From assembly GCA_048571215.1 (NCBI GenBank), contig CP182352.1, positions 1,952,001 through 2,016,000 on the forward strand: DNA of 64,000 bases. Reading direction: 5' to 3'. The stretch comes from Halarcobacter sp. GTDB lineage: Bacteria; Campylobacterota; Campylobacteria; Campylobacterales; Arcobacteraceae. The position numbers and the translations under genes are program-made. Shown here in pieces: positions 21,564 to 29,942 of this stretch. How positions within the stretch are numbered: the stretch's first letter is position 1; every line of letters begins with the position of its first letter. Under the pieces are notes generated by a model. It ran no database searches and was not told the DNA's origin. It was given only the letters and a program-made list of their open reading frames with translations.

Positions 21564-23228
21564 TTAAGAATATGTAACTTTGTTTTTCCCCTCTTTTTTA
21601 GATTGGTACATTGCTTTATCTGCTTTAGATAAAAGATCATTAAGATTCTCATTTTCTTTATAAGTAGAAACACCAAAACTTGCAGTTTTAGAACCTATTA
21701 ACTCAAATTCATGATTTTGAATTTTAACTCTTAAGTTTTCTGCTAAAGTTAAAACCTCCTCTTTATTTGTTTTTGGACAGACTATTAAAAACTCTTCACC
21801 ACCCCATCTTCCAACAAAATCTACATCTCTTGTACAAGTAGTTAAGATATTTCCTAATTCTATTAAAAACTTATCACCTACCAAATGCCCAAAAGTGTCG
21901 TTTACTTGTTTAAAATCATCTATATCCAGTAAAATAACAGAAAAAATATCTGAATATCTTTGGGAAATACTTTGACTTTTATAAAGTATAGAATCTATCT
22001 CTTTTCTATTATATAGTTTCGTTAAATAGTCAGTTGATGATAAAACAGTTAACTCCTCTTTTGCATCTTCAAGTTCTTTTGTATAATTTAAATTTTTTAC
22101 TACTGAATAAGATAAAAGTAACAAACATAAAAAAACAGCAATATCATTTGGATATTCTACCCAAGGTACAACTCCATACGCAATCAATGATGAATAAAGC
22201 CAATAAAGTGATATTATTAAAAAACTTGAAGTGACTAATTTGGTTTGATTATCTCCTTTAAAAAAGAAATAAATCAAAAATACAGTTATAATTGGCAAAG
22301 ATATAAAATTGTAAAGAATATCAAAATACTCATAGGTAGAAGAGATATCATAAAAACCAAAAATAGCTCCAAAAACGGCAACTAAAAGATAAGTCAAATG
22401 AATTTGCCATAATCTTCTTATAATATTAAATGGGGACTTGCATTTTATAGTTTTATCTATAAACATACACATTCCAACAGGAAAGAAAAAGAAAACAATT
22501 GCTAATATATATTGATTTAATAATGGAAAATAGAAATACATTTGGATAATTTTTGCTGAAATTAATACATCTAATCCTTGGGTTAAAAATAGTAAACCTA
22601 AAATAAATAATTCTACTCTAATAAACTTTGATAAAAAAGATAATAAAAATATAACTCCCACAAAAATAGAAACAGAACCCACCATAATCTTTGGAATACT
22701 ACTGTTTAGTACTTTTTCTAAAATATATCCTTTTGAAGCTACTAAAACTTCTCCCCATAATCCAATATCTACATAATTTGAATAAACCCTAAAATATAAA
22801 TACTTTCCTGCACTATTATTAGGAATAGAAAACATATGCCAAGGCCAGCCTTCAAACACATCTTTACCATCTTTATTAAAGTTGCCAAAATGATATATTT
22901 GTTTTTCATCACAATAAACTTGTGTGATTAAATCAACACTGAAAATGTATATATTTGGGTCTTTTGTCAAAGTATTAGGAAGTTTAACTCTAAACCAAAC
23001 ATTTGTTTTGCCATCTCTATTTGGTGGATTACTAGGAAAATTGATTTTTTCCCATTTTGAAGAACTTTCTTTTTCTTTAGTCCACAAAGGAACACTCTTT
23101 TCAAAAGGTGAATCACCCCATCTGTATTCCCATTTACTTTGTGATAAATCTATTACATCTAAATCATTTGCAAATAGATTAATAACAAAAAAGAAAGGTA
23201 AAAAAAATAAAATTAATAACTTTTTCAT
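21564..23228 (-). CDS. Diguanylate cyclase with periplasmic beta domain and 7TM region
   Basis: TDYLTKLYNR, DIDDFKQVND..GH, RWGGEEF; multiple TMs. Confidence 0.9.
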   Translation of the reverse strand: MKKLLILFFLPFFFVINLFANDLDVIDLSQSKWEYRWGDSPFEKSVPLWTKEKESSSKWEKINFPSNPPNRDGKTNVWFRVKLPNTLTKDPNIYIFSVDLITQVYCDEKQIYHFGNFNKDGKDVFEGWPWHMFSIPNNSAGKYLYFRVYSNYVDIGLWGEVLVASKGYILEKVLNSSIPKIMVGSVSIFVGVIFLLSFLSKFIRVELFILGLLFLTQGLDVLISAKIIQMYFYFPLLNQYILAIVFFFFPVGMCMFIDKTIKCKSPFNIIRRLWQIHLTYLLVAVFGAIFGFYDISSTYEYFDILYNFISLPIITVFLIYFFFKGDNQTKLVTSSFLIISLYWLYSSLIAYGVVPWVEYPNDIAVFLCLLLLSYSVVKNLNYTKELEDAKEELTVLSSTDYLTKLYNRKEIDSILYKSQSISQRYSDIFSVILLDIDDFKQVNDTFGHLVGDKFLIELGNILTTCTRDVDFVGRWGGEEFLIVCPKTNKEEVLTLAENLRVKIQNHEFELIGSKTASFGVSTYKENENLNDLLSKADKAMYQSKKEGKNKVTYS

Positions 23229-23332
23229 AGTAACACTTTATTATCTATCATTTTAATAATAATCATTAAATCATATAAATTTATAATTTTCGCTAAAATA
23301 TAATAACTAAATTTTATACAAGGGTATATCTA

Positions 23333-23998
23333 ATGGAAAATTTTGACTATGAATCATATGTAAAGATGGTAAAAACATACCAAAAAAATGATAATCCTAC
23401 AGGTTGGTTTGATTCTATTTATAAAAGTGCAAAGGGTGATTATACAAAAGTATTTTGGGCAGATTTAGAACCAAATCCATATCTAATAGAGTGGTTAGAA
23501 AAAAATTTAATAAAAAAAGAATATAAAACAGCCTGTGTTATTGGATGTGGTGTGGGTGATGATGCTCAAGCATTAAGCCAATTTGGATACAAGGTTACAG
23601 CTTTTGATATAGCCCCAAGTGCAATAGAACTTTGTAAAAAAAGATATCCAAATACAAAAGTAAACTATCTAGTTGCAGACCTATTTGATTATCCAAAAGA
23701 GTGGTTTGAAAACTTTGATGTAGTCTACGAATGTAATACAATTCAAGTATTACCAGATGAATATAGAAAAAAAGCAAGGGTAGCAATGAGTTCTTTAATA
23801 GCAAAAAATGGTTATATCTTAGTTTCATGTAGAAGTAGAGAGGAAGGAACAATGGAAGATGTAATCCCCCTACCCCTTAGCAAAAAAGAGATGGATGAGT
23901 TTGTGACAATTGATAAACTAAAAGAGATAAGTTTTGAAGCTTATGATGACACACAAGAACCACCAGTACCTCACTTTTGGGGAGTTTATAGAAAATAG
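23333..23998 (+). CDS. Class I SAM-dependent methyltransferase (TPMT-like)
   Basis: VIGCGVGDDA, AFDIAPSAI, ADLF, FDVVYE. Confidence 0.88.
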   Translation: MENFDYESYVKMVKTYQKNDNPTGWFDSIYKSAKGDYTKVFWADLEPNPYLIEWLEKNLIKKEYKTACVIGCGVGDDAQALSQFGYKVTAFDIAPSAIELCKKRYPNTKVNYLVADLFDYPKEWFENFDVVYECNTIQVLPDEYRKKARVAMSSLIAKNGYILVSCRSREEGTMEDVIPLPLSKKEMDEFVTIDKLKEISFEAYDDTQEPPVPHFWGVYRK

Positions 23999-24021
23999 AT
24001 AGGTTTATTTTAAACCTATCT
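23996..24021. terminator. Hairpin between the methyltransferase and the convergent cassette array
   Basis: agataggttta-ttt-taaacctatct perfect inverted repeat. Confidence 0.55.
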
Positions 24022-24373
24022 TATGAGATTTTTCAAGTTTATTTATAAATATATTTTCATCTTTTTCAATATATTTAAAACTTCCATTTATTTTGTTTGT
24101 ATCTAAGTTATGTGTTTCTATGATTTGATATGCCGAGTCAGGGAGTATTTCTGGAATCCAATCTCTTTAAGGATTTAAATATTCTGTTTCAGAAGCATAT
24201 TTTATTGCTTTTTTTTTCTCCTTTTAAGACAGCTTCATCAAGGTTACGAGCTTTTATGGTAATGATGCGTTCTTCAATTAAATCAATATTTTCTGATAAT
24301 ATTTATCGGTTTTTTTTTGTTTACCCAAAGTTGTTGTTATATATAGTGTTTTAATTGCAAATACTTTTTTTAT
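24005..24373 (-). pseudogene. Decayed cassette remnant(s): frameshifted DUF4288-like fragment joined to an unrelated C-terminal fragment
   Basis: AAGGAG RBS then ATA instead of ATG; KKVFAIKTLY.. then frameshift to ENIDLIEERIITIKARNLDEAVLKGEKKAIKY..YLNP*, then RDWIPEILPDSAYQIIETHNLDTN; family call from memory. Confidence 0.55.
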
Positions 24374-24391
24374 ATTAACTCCTTTGGATGA

Positions 24392-24523
24392 TGATAACGC
24401 CAAGCTAAGTGGCGACTGATACGGAGTGACATTTGTGAAAAAATGGCGAAGCCATTCGCAAATGCAGTGGAGTATCAAGCGTCCGAGTGAGCATAAGCGA
24501 ACGACTTGAGCACATTGTTATGC
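24392..24523 (-). mobile_element. attC site (long, ~132 bp)
   Basis: Minus strand GCATAAC (R'', holds the gene's TAA stop) to GTTATCA (R'); imperfect internal palindrome. Confidence 0.8.
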
Positions 24524-24976
24524 GTTGCACGATTCTAGCCTCGTAGTGATTTCTTCACCCAACCCGATCATTCGATTGTGGTGATTCTCGCACAGCAGCC
24601 AAGCCCGAGACTTGGGGACAAGGTAATACTCAAACCCATAGCACTCGCCAATAACCTTTTGAATTGCAACTGGCGTGGCTTCATAGATTGGATAGAAAGG
24701 CATTTGAACATCTTCAACCACAAACCAGACCACTTCGACCGGATCGGGTACCAACTCCGTGATTCTTTCGAAACCTTTTCCATCCATGAACTCTCTCGAC
24801 GCACTTGGTATTGCGAAAGCCTCCCACCACCAGCGCCTATCACCACCTACGACAAAGTGTGCAACAAGTTCTTTGTAAAGCCGTTCGCCCTCGATGCTTG
24901 GAACCTGCGAAAATTCTCTCTGGGGAATGGATAGTGAACGCAAGGCGTTGGCAATTTCTTCAGTGACGATATCCAT
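24518..24976 (-). CDS. Cassette ORF, DUF6756-like (possible immunity-type protein), GC-rich
   Basis: RRWWWE, FEYYLV, WLLCENHH motifs; ATG 24976 with AAGGAAG RBS; stop within attC. Confidence 0.7.
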   Translation of the reverse strand: MDIVTEEIANALRSLSIPQREFSQVPSIEGERLYKELVAHFVVGGDRRWWWEAFAIPSASREFMDGKGFERITELVPDPVEVVWFVVEDVQMPFYPIYEATPVAIQKVIGECYGFEYYLVPKSRAWLLCENHHNRMIGLGEEITTRLESCNA

Positions 24977-24991
24977 ACTCTTCCTTTTTAC

Positions 24992-25060
24992 GCATAACGT
25001 TTGAGTTGAGAAATATTTGAGCCGCAGGGTCAAATATTTCTCTCCAATGTTTTGTTATAA
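24992..25060 (-). mobile_element. attC site (~69 bp)
   Basis: Minus strand TTATAAC to GTTATGC; central stem gagaaatatttga/tcaaatatttctc around gccgcaggg. Confidence 0.85.
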
Positions 25061-25282
25061 CTTTTTTTCAATTTCAGTTTTCAAATCACTTTCAATACAT
25101 TCTTCAAAATATTCTAATCCAAACTTTATAATAGCACTAATTGGAATTTTAAAATCTAAAGTCATCTTTTTAGCACCATTATCATCTAATAGTTTCCCAT
25201 GAAAAGTTTTACTTGCCAAATCAATATTCCATTCGCCATTAATTTCATACTTTTTATTTTTAACTTCTATATTTTTTTTCAA
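25055..25282 (-). CDS. Cassette ORF, 75-aa hypothetical protein
   Basis: TTG start with AAGGA RBS just after GTTATAA; stop inside attC R''. Confidence 0.7.
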   Translation of the reverse strand: MKKNIEVKNKKYEINGEWNIDLASKTFHGKLLDDNGAKKMTLDFKIPISAIIKFGLEYFEECIESDLKTEIEKKL

Positions 25283-25297
25283 TTCGTATCCTTATGG

Positions 25298-25366
25298 TTA
25301 TAACGTTTAAAATGAGCTAATAAATTAGCCGTAGGGTAATTTATTGGCTCCACTGATTTGTTAGAC
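25298..25366 (-). mobile_element. attC site (~69 bp)
   Basis: Minus strand GTCTAAC to GTTATAA; central stem gagctaataaatta/taatttattggctc around gccgtaggg. Confidence 0.85.
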
Positions 25367-26608
25367 ATTGAGTTTTTCAAAATCAAAATCCTCATTAAAA
25401 TACTCTTTATAAGCTATTATATGGGTTTGGGGAATTCCAAATGTGTATTCAAATATATTGATAATCTCATCAGGCTCAGGATTAACAATTACTACTTTAG
25501 GAAGTTCCATTTTCTTACAAAAAGCCTCTCTAAATAATTGAATAGTTCTTGTATCAGTTCTTGGAAAAGAATATCCTATGATAATGATTTCATTAGCATT
25601 GATAATTTCATCTTTTGCAGTTTCCCATAGCTCTATAAAGAGATTTGCAAATAAGGTATATTTTTTATCCTTAACAGGTGGGATAATTAAAGGCATAGTA
25701 ATTACACCTTGTTCTAGTCCTGTACGCTGTGGAATATTAAGCTCAGCTCCAAGTAGTTCTTCGTATATTTTTTGTGCTTCTGGTTGATTTGTTACTCCAG
25801 CTTTAAACATCACTTTATTTTTATTTTCTTCTAAAGCTATATCATCAAGAATATTTGGTGGGTAATAAAAATATGAAAATGGCTCGTATGGGCCTTTGAA
25901 TCTTCCGTCATAACAGTGATAGGGACTATATGTATGCTCGTAAATATAAAAAGATGAGTTATCAATTTTTTGATTTAATTTAAGTAGCTGTTCTCTGTCT
26001 GGCTGAGGGTATGTAGTAAGCCAATTTGTTGAGCCATGAAGCTTTATTAACTTAGTATATTTATGTGTACAATCTTCTACATCAGTCCATTGGTCTTTAT
26101 ATATTTTCTCAGGTTTCAAACAATAACCAAAATCAGTTTTCCAATTTGTGTTTTCAGACAATGCCCGATCTATCAACGTATCCCAGTTAAAAGTAATAAT
26201 GCTGTCATCTTTTCTAAGAGACTTGACTAATTTAACATGTGCATTGGAAGTAGGTCCATTTTGTATTTCATTAATGATTGACGTATATAAAAAGATAAGT
26301 TGTAAATATGCCTTGTAGTAGTAGATGTTATTCCATATTGAATTTTCTTTCATTTGTTCTAAAAGCTTTTTTTCTACATGAGTATGAAAATCTTCGATGT
26401 CAAATGAGGAAGTGAAAAAGTCATTAATATCTATATCGAAATCCTGTTTACCAATGTTGATTATATCTCCAATTAGTACCCATAAATCATCACTGATATC
26501 CAAATTTTGAAACGTATTAAAAAAATCATTTGCTATAGGCATTGTGCAATTTGTAGGTGATGAAGAATAGGCTTTTGAAGCTCCTGCTCCAATAATAAAT
26601 GTTCTCAT
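25361..26608 (-). CDS. SIR2-like (SIR2_2) domain protein, first cassette of array
   Basis: FIIGAGAS, IITFNWD, KLHGSTNW, IIPP, IIGYSF..D motifs; stop within attC. Confidence 0.85.
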   Translation of the reverse strand: MRTFIIGAGASKAYSSSPTNCTMPIANDFFNTFQNLDISDDLWVLIGDIINIGKQDFDIDINDFFTSSFDIEDFHTHVEKKLLEQMKENSIWNNIYYYKAYLQLIFLYTSIINEIQNGPTSNAHVKLVKSLRKDDSIITFNWDTLIDRALSENTNWKTDFGYCLKPEKIYKDQWTDVEDCTHKYTKLIKLHGSTNWLTTYPQPDREQLLKLNQKIDNSSFYIYEHTYSPYHCYDGRFKGPYEPFSYFYYPPNILDDIALEENKNKVMFKAGVTNQPEAQKIYEELLGAELNIPQRTGLEQGVITMPLIIPPVKDKKYTLFANLFIELWETAKDEIINANEIIIIGYSFPRTDTRTIQLFREAFCKKMELPKVVIVNPEPDEIINIFEYTFGIPQTHIIAYKEYFNEDFDFEKLNV

Positions 26609-26628
26609 ATGCAGTCCATCTTTCAGTT

Positions 26629-26714
26629 GTCTAACTAATTATTAGTAATACATTATATATAAATAATATATAAAAACATCTAATATCTTAACATTAAAAA
26701 TGTAAAGATATTAA
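26629..26714 (-). promoter_or_regulatory. Array entry point (GTTAGAC) with candidate attI-like site and promoter
   Basis: GTTAGAC at 26635-26629 complements the SIR2 cassette R''; TATAAT at 26657-26652 on minus; inverted repeat aatatctt-a-acatt/aatgt-a-aagatatt near 26682-26712. Confidence 0.45.
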
Positions 26715-26895
26715 CTCAATTAAGCCTTAAATAGTCTAAATTTAATGAAATACAAAATAATATAAGAAAAAGTAGAATATTTTTTATGTTAAATTATCAA
26801 GGTATATCCTTAATATCTTATCATTTTGTATGACTATTGGGTGAAAATCTTGATAGTTTAACAAAATGATAAATATATTATATTGTGTTATTGTG

Positions 26896-28672
26896 AAACT
26901 ATTATCAATATATTTAGGTGTAAATAAACTTTTGCTGTACCTCTTGGCTTTCTCGACTTTCTTTTCTGAAAAAGAAAGTAGCAAAGAAAACATCCCACAG
27001 GTTTCGAAGGTGAAACTTCCCTCGCTTATTATTCATCCCTTTTGAGTGCCTAAAAACTTGCTAAAATGTGCTCCCAGCACATTTCTTTACGCTTCAAACA
27101 GTTTAGTCACTTGTTTTCAAAAGAGATAAATAAACACTCGGCTTCTCAAATGCGGGAAGCTGGGATAAGGACCTTTGCATTTTTTGTTACCATTTTATTT
27201 AAGCTGGTGTGATACTCAAATAGTATGAGAAAGTTCAAAGCTAGTGTATTTAGTCCAGACTTTGTTGAAGCCGGAAGTTTTCTAATTATTTTCGGAAAAG
27301 ACTGAGGACCGTTCAACTGGATAAAAGGTACTGAATGTACCTTTTAGGAAGGCGTTTCGCAGGTCAGAAGATAATTAGAAAGCTGTAGGGAACTTTAGCT
27401 TCAACAACCGTCTAGTTGCTTTTTGTCTTACTTTTTACAACTAAAAAGTGAGAAAGCGGAGAGCTTTGCTCTACAAGACAATTGCAGACAATAAAAACTA
27501 TTTTCAAAATATTTGAGTAAAGTTAAACTTTTACTGTACGTCTTAACTTATTCCGACTTTCTTTTGTAAAAAAGAAAGTAGCAAAGAAATTATCCCACAG
27601 GTTTCGAAGGCGGAAGCTCCCCTCGCTTATTATTCATCCCTTTTGAGTGCCTAAAAACTTGCTAAAATGTGCTCCCAGCACATTTCTTTACGCTTCAGAC
27701 AGTTTAGTCACTTGTTTTCAAAAGAGATAAATAAACGCTCGGCTTCTCAAATGCGGGAAGGTGGAATAATGACCTTTTCATTTTTTGGTACCATTTTGTT
27801 TGGATTTGTGTAATACTCAAATAGTATGAGAAAGTTCAAGGCTAGGGTATTTTAGTCCAGACTTTGTTGAAGCCGGAAGGTTTTTAATTATTTTCGGAAA
27901 AGCCTGAGAATGTTTGAGGAGAGAAAAGTGACTAGATGTCACTTTTTCGACGAGTTTCGCAAGGCAGAAAATAATTAAGAACCTGTAGGGAACTTTAGCT
28001 TCGACAACGCGTCTGGTGGCTTTTATTTTACTTTTACCACTAAAAGTAAAGAAAGCGAAGAACTTGTTCTTCAAGAGGGTGCATACAATAAAAACTATTT
28101 TCAAAATATTTGAGTGTAGTTAAATTTCTACTGTACGTCTTAACTTATTCCGACTTTCTTTTGTAAAAAAGAAAGTAGCAAAGAAATTATCCCACAGGTT
28201 TCGAAGGTGAAACTACCCTCGCTTATTATTTATTGTTTCTGTTTTGTAAAACTCACATAAAAATATGCTCCCAGCATATTTGTTCTGTTCAAACAGTTAC
28301 AAAACTTCTCCGAAACAATAAATAAACACTCGGCTTCTCAAATGCGGAAAGGTAGGAAATTGACCTTTTGCATTTTTAGTACCATTTTATTTGGATTGGT
28401 GTAATACTCAATATATATTTTGAAAGTTCAAAGCTAAGCTATTTTAGTCCAGACTTTGTTAAAGCCGAGTGCTTTGCTTTTTAAAGCGGAAAAAGTCGAG
28501 AATGTTTGACGAGAGAAAAGTGACTAACTCACTTTTTCGAGGAGTTTCGCAGACTAGCTTTAAAAAGTAAAGTGGGAGGGAACTTTAGCTTCAACAACGC
28601 GTCTGGTTGCTTTTTTGCTTCTTTTTTACAACTAAAAAAGATGAAAGCGAAGAACTTGTTCTTCAAGACAAA
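26896..28672. repeat. Three tandem ~600-bp non-coding units, each an inverted pair of a ~215-nt structured element
   Basis: ctgtac anchors at 26935, 27534, 28131 (periods 599 and 597); shared blocks atcccacaggtttcgaagg, ctcggcttctcaaatgcgg, agtccagactttgtt, agggaactttagcttc. Confidence 0.95.
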
Positions 28673-28741
28673 TACAACATTGATAAAAAACTAAGCTACA
28701 ACACACTAGAATTCCAAAAATTTAAAACAAAGTTACTTTTT

Positions 28742-29893
28742 ATGAGAAAACAATTATTGCCACTTGCTTTAGGTGGTCTTGCTATTGGTACTACAGAATT
28801 TGCTATTATGGGATTATTGCCAGATGTTGCAAATGATTTAGATATTAGTATTCCTGTTGCGGGTCATTTAATCTCTACTTATGCTTTAGGAGTGGTTATT
28901 GGAGCACCTATTTTAGTAGCTTTAAGTGCAAAATTTCCTGCTAAAAATATCTTAATAGTTTTTATGGTGTTATTTACATTTTTCAACTTTTTATCTGCTA
29001 TTGCACCAAATTATTCTACACTTTTGATATCTAGGTTTTTAAGTGGTTTACCCCATGGTGCTTTTTTTGGTGTGGGTACTGTTGTTGCTGCAAAACTTGC
29101 CCAAAAAGGTAAATCAGCACAAGCAATTGCTGTGATGTTTACGGGGCTTACTATTGCAAATGTTGCCATGGTTCCCCTTACTACATACCTAGGTCATACT
29201 TTTAGTTGGAGAATTGCATTTGCTATAGTTTCACTTATTGGCTTAGTAACAGTTTTCTTTTTATATAAAAATCTTCCAAAACAAAAAGAGGTGAAAACTA
29301 TAACACTAAAAGATGAATTCCAATTTTTAAAGACAATTAAGGCTTGGCATATCTTAGCTATAGTAGCAACAGGTTTTGGTGGCTTGTTTGCTTGGATTAG
29401 TTATATCGCTCCACTACTTATTCATGTTACAAATTTTGAAGAGGGTAGTGTCTCTTATTTGATGATAGTTGCAGGTCTTGGAATGTTGGTTGGAAATATA
29501 GTTGGTGGATATTTAGCAGATAAAAGAAACCCTATAAAAGTAGCAATTTTTCTTTTATCTATGATGTTTATATGTTTAGTATTAGTATTTTTACTATCTG
29601 AATATAAGTTTGCAACTATAATTCTTACCTTTTTATGTGGAGCCTTTGGTATGTCTATTGGAGCACCTATCAATATTATCATGTTAGATAGTGCAAAACA
29701 CTCTGCCCTACTTGGAGCGGCATTTTTACAAGCTGCTTTTAATGTAGCAAACTCTTTAGGTGCATTTTTAGGAGGTATCCCTTTATTTTTAGGATTAAAT
29801 TACAACTACCCTGCACTAAGTGGCGCGTTTATGGCTTTATTAGGGGTTGGACTATGTTTATATTTTTTAAAAAGATATAAGGTTGAGAAATAA
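28742..29893 (+). CDS. MFS transporter, DHA1/AraJ-like
   Basis: AIGTTEFAIMGLLP, YALGVVIGAP, GLPHGAFFG, AAFNVANSLGA; start moved to ATG 28742 because the upstream extension is repeat-derived. Confidence 0.92.
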   Translation: MRKQLLPLALGGLAIGTTEFAIMGLLPDVANDLDISIPVAGHLISTYALGVVIGAPILVALSAKFPAKNILIVFMVLFTFFNFLSAIAPNYSTLLISRFLSGLPHGAFFGVGTVVAAKLAQKGKSAQAIAVMFTGLTIANVAMVPLTTYLGHTFSWRIAFAIVSLIGLVTVFFLYKNLPKQKEVKTITLKDEFQFLKTIKAWHILAIVATGFGGLFAWISYIAPLLIHVTNFEEGSVSYLMIVAGLGMLVGNIVGGYLADKRNPIKVAIFLLSMMFICLVLVFLLSEYKFATIILTFLCGAFGMSIGAPINIIMLDSAKHSALLGAAFLQAAFNVANSLGAFLGGIPLFLGLNYNYPALSGAFMALLGVGLCLYFLKRYKVEK

Positions 29894-29942
29894 TTTCAAA
29901 TATCAATACTTCTATAGATAATGAGACTTAAAAGTTGAAATT

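Noticed and set aside
24130..24934. Alternative ORFs 24130-24354(+), 24278-24478(-), 24568-24846(-), 24578-24934(+)
   Set aside because: Shadow frames of the cassette, attC or pseudogene; only the 3' half of 24278-24478 belongs to the remnant
24977..25033. Longer start for the GC-rich cassette ORF
   Set aside because: Would begin inside the upstream attC; ATG 24976 has an RBS and lies within the cassette
27817..28104. 95-aa minus-strand ORF (also 26784-26993)
   Set aside because: Lies within the repeat; I see no equivalent ORF in the other copies in the track and no RBS
26896..28672. CRISPR array or rRNA/tRNA cluster
   Set aside because: Period is ~600 bp with no short identical repeats and unique spacers; no cas genes; no tRNA or rRNA signatures
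28607..28741. N-terminal extension of the MFS ORF
   Set aside because: Derived from repeat module B3; MFS homology starts at MRKQLL (28742)
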